Positions 36,982 through 50,235 of a stretch of 64,000 bases of DNA are shown in pieces. Source of the stretch: Trichinella spiralis (Eukaryota); contig NW_003526945.1 in assembly GCF_000181795.1 (NCBI RefSeq), positions 760,529 to 824,528 on the forward strand. The letters are read 5' to 3'. Positions within the stretch are counted from its first letter, which is position 1. Each line of letters opens with the position of its first letter. A model generated the notes under the pieces. That model did no database searches. It was not told the DNA's origin and saw only the letters and a program-made list of their open reading frames with translations. The translations under genes and the position numbers were made by a program.

Positions 36982-39900
36982 CCAACTAATACTCGCCATT
37001 AACGACGACCTTATTTCTTTCTTGCTGCTCTTTTTTATTTCTACTTTTTTCCCCTTTTCTCCACTCTCCTACTCCAAATGGGATAAAATGCAAATTCTCA
37101 AGGGTAACCAAAGCAACATTGCTCGTACGGGGTTTTCTTGTCAAGGTGATACCATGAAAATCATGAAATTCCCGACGGAAAACGACGCCATTCAAAACGC
37201 CGCTTCAAATGTCTGCTCCATTGTCAGCCCGTCACAATCGCTGACCTGACAACTGACGAGTATCATTGCATGTCCTTTTATTATAATTTTTTTATATCTT
37301 TTTCCAATAAAACTGATACTACCCAATTCCACGCTTCGATGAACCATATGCAACTTGGGGGATTTGTTCAACAAACATTTTCCAAGGTCACAAATGACAG
37401 GCTCATTATCTCTGTTCCTTTTCACAAAAGCTATTTTTCACCGATCGCTTATTCGAAAGCTGTCGTTGAAATTGAACCCAAATCAAGTTCCATCAACAGT
37501 TGGTCAATAATTAAATCAATTATATATAAAACAATGCGGATGTCAAATTTTCACAATAAAAAAAATGAAACAATAACAATCACCAACCCCTACTCTCTTA
37601 CTATACACACCTAAATAAATGTGCGCGTATTTGTAGAAAATATATACATATAAATTCAACATTTATCATTTCTCTGTTTCAATAATAATAAAAATTTTAC
37701 AAATTGCACACCCCGCAAAAATTATGAATATTACTACAGTATTCAACTGAAACTTGATGATCAAAAAATAAGTACAGTAATTTCGTTGAAGACACACTGA
37801 AATTGTTCTGTGGAAATTCAAATGGAGACCAACTAATGCCCACTAGTTTCGTAAATGGAAAAATTCAAAACGATAAAGATAGACATTCGTCAGCACCACT
37901 CGGGATGAGGGGAAAAATTGAAATTGACCGTTCAAACCTTGCAGTTGTCCATTGAGGCGTTGAGAATTAGAAGTGGGAGAGAAAAGTGAAAGTGATAAGA
38001 AAACAACAACAAGCTTACCTGCTTAACACGTATAACGCCTACAGTCGACCCGGAACTGTCGGCTTCTGTTGTCATGTAGAAATAGTTGAAGCCGAGTTGA
38101 TTGTTCTCTTCTAGTGAATATTGGAGTACGTTGTCCACCGCTTCGCTGTCCAAATCGCTGGCTGACAATGACATAACTGGAGAATTTACGGGCAGTGTTT
38201 CTTTTACCGTTCCATCGTAAGATGGTGGATAAAAATAGGGTGGATTATCATTGACGTCAACAACTTTAATAATGACGATTCCAGTTCCTGTAGAAAAATT
38301 TGCATTAAAAATAAAAAGATAAAATTATGCCTTTCAAAAAATCAACAAAATATTACCCGACAGTGGATGTCTTCCCTGGTCGGTGGCTTTGACTTCAATT
38401 TCAAACTCTTTCTGGGCACTGTTTTCACGATCCAGTTCCATCTTAAACAAACATTTTCAAAAAATGTGGACACAAATTTAATTTTTTTTCTTTTTTTTAT
38501 ACCATTGCAAATATTTTGCCACTGTGGGGATCGATTCGAAAGACCGGACGACCGTCCAGATATTTGTTACGCAAAATACTGTAAATGAGTTTGGCATTGG
38601 ACGTTCTGGGATCGTCGTTGTCGGTCGCGCTCATTGTCATCACGTAAACACCTTCTTCTACAAGGGTAGATGAAAATTTTAATAAATCAAAAATCACAAA
38701 GAAAAAACAACAACAACCTGACGGAGCAATGTTCTCCGTAACGTAGCCTGTGAATGGACTGCCTTTGAAAAATGGAGCGTTGTCGTTGATGTCCGTCAAA
38801 ATAACTTGCACATCCGCATAGCCAATTAGCCCTTTGCCACCATCGTCAATTGCCTAATAGATGAAAGATGAAAAATTCCAAAAAAAACAAATTAATATTC
38901 TTATACTTGAACAACAAAATTCCACTCCTCGGCTCCATTGGGAGGATCTCGGTCGAGTGGTTTGGTCACATAAATATCACCAGTTATTTCGTTCACTGAA
39001 AATTCATCATTTGCCCCTTGACCAGCAAGTTTGTAGACAATTCTCTTGCTCGACACATCGTCATCTTTATCATACGCAATTACCTGTATTGTAGGGGAAA
39101 AGAAAAAATATATATATATATTGTTCAATTATTCATTCAACAAAAAACAAACAAACAAATAAATAAATACATGGAGCAATTTTTTCGGCACATTCTTGTC
39201 CTCTTCTTGTATAACTGCCCGGTAGAGTGATTGTTCAAATTGTGGAGAATTGTCGTTCACGTCTTCAATTGCTATTTGAATACGAGTTTGAGCTTTGTGT
39301 TCACGGTTGCCATCGGTGACGTGCAATGTCAAATCGTACAACTGAAGAATAAAAAAAACGGTACAGCTAATAGCAAGCAGTAAAAAGTCGACAGTAGTAC
39401 CTTTTTTCGCTCGTAGTCCAAAGGTTCGTTGACGAAAATTGTACCAGAACTGGCACCAACGCTGAATGCACTGCCATCGTTGCCTCGTGAATCCAAGCTG
39501 TATCGCAGTTCAGAATCTCAAGCGAAAAAAAATGATAAAGCATAATAAATGGAAATCAAATTTCACATATCAAATAATTTTTGCATACCTTTGTCCAAGT
39601 CATGAGCTTTGACGGTCATAACATTTTGTCCAACTTCGGAATTTTCTCGCACTCGACCACGATAAACTGTTTCGTTGAAATACGGAGCGTTGTCGTTGAT
39701 ATCTTGAACAAGAATTTGCACTTTGGTAATATCTGAAATAGTAAGTGGATTTTAGAAAAAAAAAGCTTTTTTTCATTTCTTTTCCAAATTTACCTCTATT
39801 CGGGCCTCTTGCACCTGGTAAATCAGACGGTGCGTTATCTTCGGCTTGCACATCGAGCACAAATGAATCATTCAATTCCCGATCGAAACTTTGAACAGCA

Positions 39901-42900
39901 TAAATGGCGCCAAGTTTGCTGTCAATACGAAATAAGTGACTTGCTGATCCGGGCAAAATTTTATACGTTATCTAAATCATTGACAAAAATATAAAACATT
40001 TTCCAACAACAACAACAACAATAACAATAGCGAAAATTTTACATCTTTGAATTCCGGCTTTTCGTCATTATCTTTAGCCACAACAGTCACCAATATTTGA
40101 TTACGAATCACCGATACATCTTGCTCTTCTTCAACTTGACCGGTAAATTTATCCAATGTAAATTTTGGCACATTGTCATTTTTGTCTCTCAGTTTAACTG
40201 TCAATGTTTTATCCCGTGACAGGCCATTGCGAAGATCCTTTCAAGAATATCAGCAAAACGAAATTAATAATCAAATGACAAATAAAACCGCAACATACTG
40301 TAGCGGAGATTGTCAAATCATAAGATTTGGTCTTTTCATAATCTAAACTTTTCAAATTTCGAATGACAACCCAGTCACGTCCATCACGCTTCTCTTGAAA
40401 TTCTCTGAAGTCTTGATTCAAATTTGTGTCCGGCTTGGCACCATTTCGCATACTATACATTTTAGAAATTTATGTATGTAAAAAGTTCTGATTATTAATT
40501 CACTCAATAACAGAAAAAATTTTAATTTGAATAAATTTAAATTTGAAATTAATATAAAAACGTATTTCAGATTACATTTTTCATAGTAAAAACATTTTTA
40601 AAAAACAGTGGTAAAAATTACAGTATAATGAAAACAGTAATCAAGTTACATCCAACATTTACCTGTACGATATTGGATTAGAAGGATCGGCTCCAGAGAG
40701 TGCGTGGCATTCAAAAAAGACGTAATTTATCTAGAATGTGACTGAATTAGTTTACAAAAATTTCGCTTAACATATATACACTTAAGCCATACTTGAACAT
40801 CCTCGTCGACAACTACATGATTCGGGCAAGATGGAGTAACCTGCCAGACTGGATAGTGTTGCGCTGCTTCGGCAATATCTATAGAAACTCGAGCTTGACT
40901 GCTACGAGGTGGTTCGCCACTATCTTTAGCAATCACCAGAAACATCATTTTATTCTTCTAGAAATAATTTCAAATGTCGATTAATTGTTCATACAAGTTA
41001 TACTTTGAAAAGCAAATGAAAAGAAAAAAACATCAATGAAAGATACAAAACGAGTAAAACTCACATTAACAGGCAATGGTCGGAAAAGCATTATTTCACC
41101 ACCGTCTTTTTTTATAGAAAAATAATTTACATCATCTAAATATTCTGGTTCGGATAAATCTTCTTGCAATGAATAAGCAATTTTTGCATTGTTTGGCGCA
41201 TCTCGATCATCTGCAAACACCGTCAGTACAGACTGACCGACTGGTGTAGATCTAGATACGCTCGCTTCGTATGTTGCGCGATCAAATTCAGGAGAATTAT
41301 CATTCTCATCCAAAACTGTTACCGTAAATTGACAAAAGCCAATTAAAGGACGAGTGCCTTTGTCAGTTGCCTAATATATCAAAGAGTTCGATAAAGCGGA
41401 ATATGACATTGAAAGCAAATTCAACGTACTTTAACAATTACGTCTTCAAATGGCCTTTCTTCACGATCAAATTCAACATAAGGAGATGCCCTGAGCTCCC
41501 CGGTAATAGCATCAATTACAAATGGTTTTCGAGTTTCTCCTTGTGGATAATACAAAGAGTAAAGAATATCTCCGTTCTGCCCTGAATCATCATCAGTTGC
41601 TTGAACCTAAAAACATATGTTCTGTCTAACCAAATCCAGTGGAATTTTTCAAAAAAAAACAATTACCATCAAAACCACATAATTGTCATGTTTCCCTTCA
41701 GGCACTTTAGCTTCACTACTGTATTTTTCACAATTATGGAATACAGGCTTGTTGTTGTTAACATCTTTCACTCCTGAGTAATGTATTCAAACATGTAAAA
41801 TAAACAAATATATCATTTTCGAAATTTTTACCTATTCTAACTGTAGCCGTACTGCTATGTTTCGCGTCAGGACCGTCATCCGTAGCAACAACAGTAAGCA
41901 TGTAAAAATCTTGGTCATGTAAATCTTTGGGACCTATGCCTTCTCGTAATTTTATGAGACCTGTATCTCGATCAATTTCAAAGTGACTCAAAAATTGACT
42001 CTGCTCTCCATTCCGCAAAAAAGCATATTTCACTTGATCTCTATCAGGATCTAAAGCTTGTATTGTTGCGATTGGTGTATTTCCTTCCGCGTCTTCAGCT
42101 ACGTATTCAGTGTACATGCTAGTTGGAAGAAAAATCGGAGCTTCATCATTGACATTCTCCGTACGGATATGAATCTTTAACAAAAGAAAAAATATCATAG
42201 TTATGTCGATCTGCTGACCGAAATTACTGAAATTACCTGGCTTGTAGCCATTTGTGCTGGATTTCCTCGATCTTTAGCAATCACATCAAATTTGTAAATG
42301 TAAAAACCTTGCATCGTCTGATCTGCATCCAGTCTTACTTTTGGCGATATTACACCTTGATTATCAATTGTAAAGTTATGATCTGTCAGTGAGTATTCAA
42401 TTTCACTGTTAAGACCACTGTCTTTGTCTCTTGCAGATACTGTAAGAAATTTTTATGAATTATTCACTTTTTGAAATAATAACTTACCTTGCAAAATAGG
42501 ATTCCCTATAGGGTGATCCTCTTTGATAGAAATTGCGTATAATGGTTGTGTAAAAACAGGTGCATTGTCATTTACATCAGTGATCTGGATTTCAACGGGA
42601 ACTTCAGTTGACTTTTTTCCTTCACTGGCAATCACTAAAATTATCTCATACTTATTACGCAAAGCATACTCGTAACAGTAAAAAATCTATTCAAAAAACC
42701 TTTTAAAGCATAAGCTCTTGGCTGCAAAGGATCATCATAATCTAATGATCGCATTAGATGTACAACGCCTGTATTTTTATCAATTGAAAAATCGTCCGGA
42801 CTGTTGCCATAATCATCTCTTTTTGTATCTTCCCACAAAGAGTAGGTAATTTTCAATTCTGGGTTATTTTCAAAAGAAATTGCCTTGATTTGAGCAACAC

Positions 42901-45900
42901 TAAAACATCAAATAATGACTTTTCATTATAGAATATTCTGTTTTTAATTTTATTAATTATTAGCATGTTTGTACTACATGGATGATTATGGTTATATATT
43001 ATTATACGCTGTATACACTACACAGGCATATCTGCGTTCTGAAATAACTTTAGACATGCAAAATAATAGCTTGATCTGAACATTATATTTCTTAAGCATA
43101 CATTTTAATGTAAAACAGATTGATTTCCTCATGTTCAATAAAAAAACTGTAACTACAGTACCAGCATACATTAAAAAATATAAAATTGGTTTATAACGAA
43201 GAACTTGAAAATAATATAGATGTGTAATTCATAATTTCATGAATGAATTATTGCAAATTAACTACAAAATAAATAGCAAACTTAATATTTAGAATGCAAA
43301 TTGGCATTTTAACAACTGAGAACTGTAATCTCAATAATTTCATTTATCACGCGATGCTCAAGAAATGAAATATTTCTTATAAACGTAGTAATTTCATTAA
43401 ATTCTATGTTTGATATGGCAAAATTAGTTAAACAAGTAACGTCTATTGATTAAAACTTAGAAATGGGTGTCTCACTTGAAATAATATCTAAAAATGAGAT
43501 CAATAAATTATTTTTCATTGCAACTTATGCTTTGTTGCACTTTCTTTGATTATTTTTCAAAACTATTTGATTCTTAAAAAGAGTTAAAATGAATAAAGCG
43601 CAGCGCAATAAAGCAAAAACGGAACTGTTCTATTAATTATGATAGAGCAATATGATAATTTGATATTTGAAAAACAAAGAACTAAAAAAACAATTATTTG
43701 AGGTATGTTTATATAATTACACTTTTAGTGGTGTAGTAATTACTTAGGTTTTACTTTGAGTACAGTACTACTATTACAGTATATTGGAACGCAGGATGAA
43801 TGCAATATATGATGTGTTTGAACCGAACCGCCACAGTAGTTATAAAAATAAATCAGTTTGAAAAGTCTAATAAAAGTAAATTTATGATGTTCAGAATTTA
43901 ATGAACCCTTAATTGATTTATTACTTATAGTGCAGTCTATCGCGTGATTCTTCTGAAAGTGCAAAATTAATAAAAACAACTCCAATTACCTAGCAGAAAC
44001 CGGTGTATCTTCACTAACAGATATCTGGTATTTTTCTTGATAAAACTGTGGTGCTCTTGATCCTCCCATAATATCCACTACAGCTATTTCACTGTCGGCA
44101 TTTGGCTGCATTCCCATGCGCATATCATGCGCCTGAACGTAAACTCGATACGAATGTCCATACAAATATCGAGAAAGAGCTGTTTTAATACGGCCAGTTT
44201 GACGATCAACTGTGAATGTGTTTGGGGCTAAAGTATAAAATTATACCTGAAACATATCTACAAATAATTCGGTTACTTACGCTCAGTACTAATAAGTCGG
44301 TATTCAACATCACTTGAACCGTCACCTCCTTCACATCGGGCCAACAAAGAATACACAGTAAAGCCTACTGGTACTTCTACAGGAACAATCGCCCAGTATG
44401 GAACAGGCTGATTAATAAATTTAGGTTTCTCATATACATCCAAAACAGTGATGACAATTTGCTGCACAGATGATTCTAAATAAACAAATAAATGTATAAA
44501 TTCACTTTTTGCAAAGCATTGCCAAAGTTTTTTGATAATGCAAAACTAAATTTTCTACTGCTAGGTAATTTAATAAAATATTAAACGAAGCAAATACTGC
44601 TGATTGTACTAATCGCATTTTATTGTAAATGTGTAACACAATTAGTTTTACTTATGTGGCAGAAAAAATTAAAACAATGTCTGCACTAAACAAAATTAAA
44701 CAAATGCTAAAAAATTCAAAATGTAAATGTGTAAAGTCATTTTTTAACTATCGTAATTAATACTGAAACCATTTTCAGACCACCTACTTAAGTTTGTATG
44801 AAACAAAAGGCATTAAAAATTATATAACAAGCGTAAAGACATTTGACAAGCTGAGGTATATCAAACCAGTAGTCATCGATTATTGTATTAAAAGATTAAC
44901 TTCAAAGTACTTATGACAGAGACCAATATTTTATTAATCAGCAACCACATTCGATTTTCGTTATTGAAAATATAGATCAGGGTATATTACTAAGCAAATG
45001 AGACAAATTTTAGAAACTCAATTTCTATGTTAAGTTAAACTTACTGGAAGTGACAAAAGAACTAAATAGCGCATTGCCTGAAGTAGATTTGCAGCTAAGT
45101 TTAGAATCTTAAAAATTAATCGACTGCTCACTGGCTAATCTAATTATTTCATTTTCATCTTCAAACCAATTTCCATTAATCGATTTCAACAAATGCAAAA
45201 TAAAACAGTTTAAGAAAACAAATGAAAAATTGTCTAACAGAAATTTTTAGCTTCGATATATAAAATTTATTAAGATGAAACTTGAAACTTCAAGTAGATA
45301 ACTATATGCTGTTACTTTACTGATTAAAATCAACTAAAACTACGAAAAATGTTATCATATGCTTCATAGGAAATTTAAATTCAAAAGTGTAAAAGTGAAA
45401 ACTATAATCATTATGAATTGTATTAATGTGCCGGCAAAATATGTCAAATTTGTAAATTTTATATTGGTTGGGCAAAATTGTGATGTGAGGACAATCAGTG
45501 TCTTAGCCAATTTATTGATGAAAAATCAACTAGAAATTGCTTAACCATCAACCTTTCTATTTCAGCCAGTGCATTAGCCAACTGACTCATTGCGTTAACT
45601 GTGACAAAGTGATGGCTACCCAAGCGTGCTGCACTTTATTCCAAAAGAATTTTTAATGACGTCGCATTGAATAGAGAGAATACTGCAATTGCTGCCAATG
45701 GCCAAATATTCGCATGATAAAGCAAATGCCCATTTGTTTGCTGTAATCATCCGGATGACTAATCGAAAATCTAGCATTTGTCTGTAAAAATTTTATCTAC
45801 AGCGACAGATGAAAAATCCATATTTAATATTAAATATAAAATGGAAAATGTGCAACATCGAGTGAACATTTCAATGAAATTAACAAATTACAAAGGTTCT

Positions 45901-48900
45901 CATGAAAATCATCGTTATCCATGTCTTTTTTTGCTTTCAGATGGTTTTGGCAGAAATAAATATTCCGCCCAACTATTGCTTTCCAACTCAACTACTACCT
46001 CTTAGTACAGCTGTGCTCATTGCGTGTGCTTTTATAAACAGTAAATGGATATTCAAATGAAGCTTCCTTTTCAGGACAATTCTATTTCCTATTTTAAAAG
46101 CAGAAAATATTAATTACTTATTTACAGGTGCAAAACTAAAATGTGACACTTCAGTGTGTGAATTATCACGCCAGAAATAGTACAGTTTAATTTGCGTGTT
46201 CTGCCTGCAAAATAATATTCGTTTCAGATCAAAAGATTTGAAAAAGTTCATAACGTGAATAAAATAGAATAGAATGAATAATCTGTTACTATAAAAGATA
46301 AATGTGTAGAAATGCTCAATCTATAAAACAAGCTTAACAGACAAAGATGATCGATGATACCTCCAATATATTGATATTTCATCAGTCAGCTTAAAAATTT
46401 CACTATGCAATAATTTGCTAGCATATAGCAGTTTGGGCAAAAGCTTTTATGCTCTTTCTGAAGTGTAGAAATCAGACGAATTATCTGGTCAAGCACTCTG
46501 ACCTAACATTTTCAAGCTACTAATTGAATGGTGGTCATTACGCTGTTGGAGTTGCTGAGTTAGTCGGCGGTTTTGTTAGCGGTTAAATCGTTAAGGGGGT
46601 AACAAGCATTTGGCTTGTTACAACATTCAAAAATGGTCCAAGTTGACAGATGGTCAAGCGTCATGCGACCAAACGATCTTCTTGGTTAATGCTATTGTCA
46701 ACTTATCGACGCCTACCACGGTAGTACGGGAAACGCCCTGCGAATAGAAGCAATTGCCTCTAAGATTCAATTATGAAATATGCCCAAACTGCTTTTGCTA
46801 GCAATTTTCCTATACACCAGCTGACATAATAATCAAGGGACATGGCTGCTAAAATTGCCAATATCACTATAGATCAGATTTGTCAACGCAGATTAGCGCC
46901 ATTTTTATTTACTCAACGACAAGATGGAATCATTTTCAATTTTAATAATATCCATTTGTGATATTGGAAATAAAATTACAATTCGGCCAGATGAAAAATA
47001 ATACAAATACAGTTTTTAACTCATTTTTAATAAATTACCCAAATTTAGTAAGTTAAATGAATTGAAACTAGCAAGGTTGCCAGATGTTGAAGCAGTTATG
47101 AAAAATCGAAACAAAATTTTTAAATAGACAAAAGCAGAGAAATTAAAAATTTCTCCTTCATGCATCACCGAAATAATTATGCTGAACAATACACTTCTCT
47201 TTGTTTAGTTGAATAAAAGAGTTTTAAAATTTTTCAAAAAACTTACATAAATTGCAGACGCGTTTGCTGTTCATAAAATCGAAAGCAGCCGCGCTAGCAA
47301 GTAATTCAAAGCAGTGGAAAAATTACCTCCCATGAGAGTGTGCGCTTCATGACTTGTCAAAATCAAGGCAACATTTATGTTCATGGGAAAGAGAATGCAA
47401 TCAAATTTCAAACGTAAAATTATCATGAAAACAATTGGTGCAAATTATTTTTCGTCACTGCTTACATTTTTAACACTAAGCTAAAATAAAAGAATGCTTT
47501 CACTTACTGCATCACAAAGGCAAAACAATCAAACTGTAAAAATCAAAATCATTTGCAAATATCCAAACAGCAATATCCAAAATTAAGTACATTTGAATTT
47601 TATTTCATTTGAACAGTATTTTAACATTGATTTTCACGTCATTGAAAAGTTCCTGGACTGCTTATCTAGAGGAAAACTGTGCAAAAATATCAGAAGTCGA
47701 TTTCAATTCAATGCCTTAGAGAAAATTTTCCTTTTTACAAAATTGATATTTCAAAATTAAAAATTTTTAATTCAGTTGGACAATTTCAAATTAGAAATGA
47801 TGCACAGCAACTCATCTAATACAAATTCATTTTTAATTTGAATTCTTTTATCTCTAATTAAAATATTTACCGAGGTACCGTTCACATCCTTTTGCTATTA
47901 ACAATTCAGATCGATAAGAATATATGATTTAAAAGTGCACTTATTACAATTGTTAAGATTCCCATTCTGTACACTGGAATATAATACACTTCATCTATTT
48001 CGAAGCAAAAATTCACCGCTGACATTGTGAATTATCACCAAAATATCTTGTTGTTCTTTACACTCTCAGTTGATTAGACTGTAATGAATGAAGCATACAC
48101 TAAAGTTGCTAAAGAATCCAAAGAGGGCAATCGATAAGTACAATGAACAATGGTTAACAGATTTCCTCATATGCATTGTGCCATGTTGAAAATTATTGAA
48201 ATTTTCATAAATGACAAAAAAGTATAACAATTTCCAATCGCTATTATAGAAGAATTTGCAATTTTAAGAAAATGTACTTTATAATTTATAAATTTTTAAT
48301 AACTGTTGTGCAAGACTAGATGAATTCATCGCATAAATGTTTTCTTGTACGAATAAATTCGAAAAGTTAACCTAATTGCGAAATGCTCAATGAATTCATG
48401 CAAGCGCTAAACATAGGACAGATATGTATGACTGACTAACTGATCGAAACGCTGCTTTTCAACAACTCTGCTGGAATAAATTAATAATTTGACCCGGTGT
48501 TAGCTATTTGCTTGAGATAAATAAATGCTTTTTAGCTTATGCTTAAAAGAACATCTGCTTAATAGGGCAGTTTTTATAGCAAAACGCCGGCCTGCATTCA
48601 GGCAGAAATCGCCAGTGAAGTGGTCACGAGCATTAGCAATTGCAAAGGCTGGGAAAAGAACGGCCAGTGACCAGCGGTCAACAGCGCACTGACCAGTTCG
48701 TATTAAACATCAATTCTAAAGGTCAAGGCAGAATTCCATTCCCGTACTGAGCAAGGTCGTGCCAAAACTGAATTAGTCATCCAAAGAGTGGTTGAAAAAT
48801 TACGCATTTAGCCATATGAAAAATTATTAAAAATAAAAAATAAAAATAACAAATATTAAGCCGCCCATGCTAATGAGGTCAGCGTGGACAAAACGGATGA

Positions 48901-50235
48901 GGCAAAATGCACACGGACAAACTCAGCTTAGCCAAACACCAACTGTTCATGCGGGCCATCCGGGTTTTAGGGCCAACATGCAAAACAAAGCTTACCCATT
49001 GTTCTCAAATTTTCCACAATAATGGAAAAGTGAATCATCTTCTCTGTCTCGTAATTTAGCGCTTCAGTCAGTTCCAATGAACCGTTGCGATGAACAGTAA
49101 AATGACTCTTTACTACAGGGGCGTTTTTCACGGCTTCATTGTATTGCAGTGGTATTAGAAGAAATAAATATCCAAGTGGTGCATCTTCAGGCAGAGAAAA
49201 GCTAAGTTCAGATCGCAGTTCCCGTTTGTTACGGCTAGTAGTTAATGCCATTGCATTAGGATTCACTGTTACAGTAACCAAGCAACTGTCTTTTCCAAGC
49301 ATACCGGCGCCGGAGGGTCTGGCAGAAATGTAAAACTGATATTGATCTTTTTCAAGAAGTCCTGTAGTAAATATATCGCCATTGAACGATTCCACATCAA
49401 ATGGTACTGGCATTTTGCTTTCCAGCTGATACGTAAAGCCACACAAGCCTAAATGATGGCAAGATGCCTCAAGTCTGGTTATTGTTGTGCCAACAGGAAC
49501 ATCTTTAGAAATAGTGACATAGTAACGTCGACGTGGAAAAAGTGGACGTGAATAAAAAGTGCCTCTTGTAAATCTCATTTCAGAGTAGATATCCAGAGTA
49601 GTTTGATCACAGTTTGATGCTGGCCGTCCTTGTACACGCAACTTGCAACGGTAAACAGGGAGACGTGAAAGCAGGGGCTTAGCAAGACGCAGCTTTACGT
49701 AGGGCAGTGATGTCTCATTTCTTTGAATTACGTCCAGGCGAAACGGACATTCTTCAGAATTGTCTACAAGGCGAAAAGTCGGCTGAACAGATAGCTGGCA
49801 GTGTCTGGCCAGCGAGATGTGCTCCAAACCAGGAATCACATCCCCAACGGATATTTGACTAGGTAGAAACCCAACGTAAAGATGTCGATCAAACCTGAGA
49901 CGATTATAGTTTGGGATTACCGTTATCAGTACTTTTTCCACCCGTTCCCATTTGCTTTCATCACTGAGATTAGAGCGCAGCAGTAGATGCAATACCATCG
50001 GTACCCTGACATCGGAAAGATCTTTGGCAAGAATGACTTTATTGCTTGAGGTTGGATGCAAGCAAAAGTAGCCCAAGTCTGGCTTGTCCAAACGTACTTG
50101 GTCTTCAAAAGTAAGGACAACAGATCCAATTTTGGTATCTTCAGGAAGAGCCAAATGACGCCATGCCCATATATAGGCAGGCACACTAAATGTGAGTAGG
50201 CATAAATATACTATGGTGCCTCGCATCGTTAGCAT
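28626..50235 (-). CDS. hmr-1: Type III classical cadherin (HMR-1B / Drosophila N-cadherin-like), long isoform, about 30 exons
   Basis: Exon 1 (50235-48996) has a signal peptide and divergent cadherin repeats. Many exons between 44475 and 31395 carry DxNDNxPxF, LDRE/LDYE and AxDxD motifs. Then come a non-chordate cadherin domain ([20 protein letters not shown]), EGF and two LamG domains (~31500-29300), and a TM helix ([23 protein letters not shown]). The cytoplasmic tail has [20 protein letters not shown] (p120 site) and PPFDELRVY...GSLSSL...FKKLADMYG (beta-catenin site). The splice junctions I checked are in frame. Confidence 0.95.
33693..34147 (-). CDS. Candidate alternative first coding exon of a short cadherin isoform (HMR-1A-like)
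   Basis: An intronic open frame has a hydrophobic stretch ([18 protein letters not shown]) and a half cadherin repeat ([18 protein letters not shown]...TNYT). It ends at a GTATGT donor in phase 2, matching the acceptor at 32928. The start codon is uncertain. Confidence 0.65.
36946..36978. repeat. (CA)n microsatellite in cadherin intron
   Basis: Directly visible. Confidence 0.9.

Noticed and set aside
34571..37614. Hydrophobic or low-complexity ORFs in the cadherin intron
   Set aside because: They are produced by simple repeats such as (AAAC)n, (CA)n and (CAC)n.
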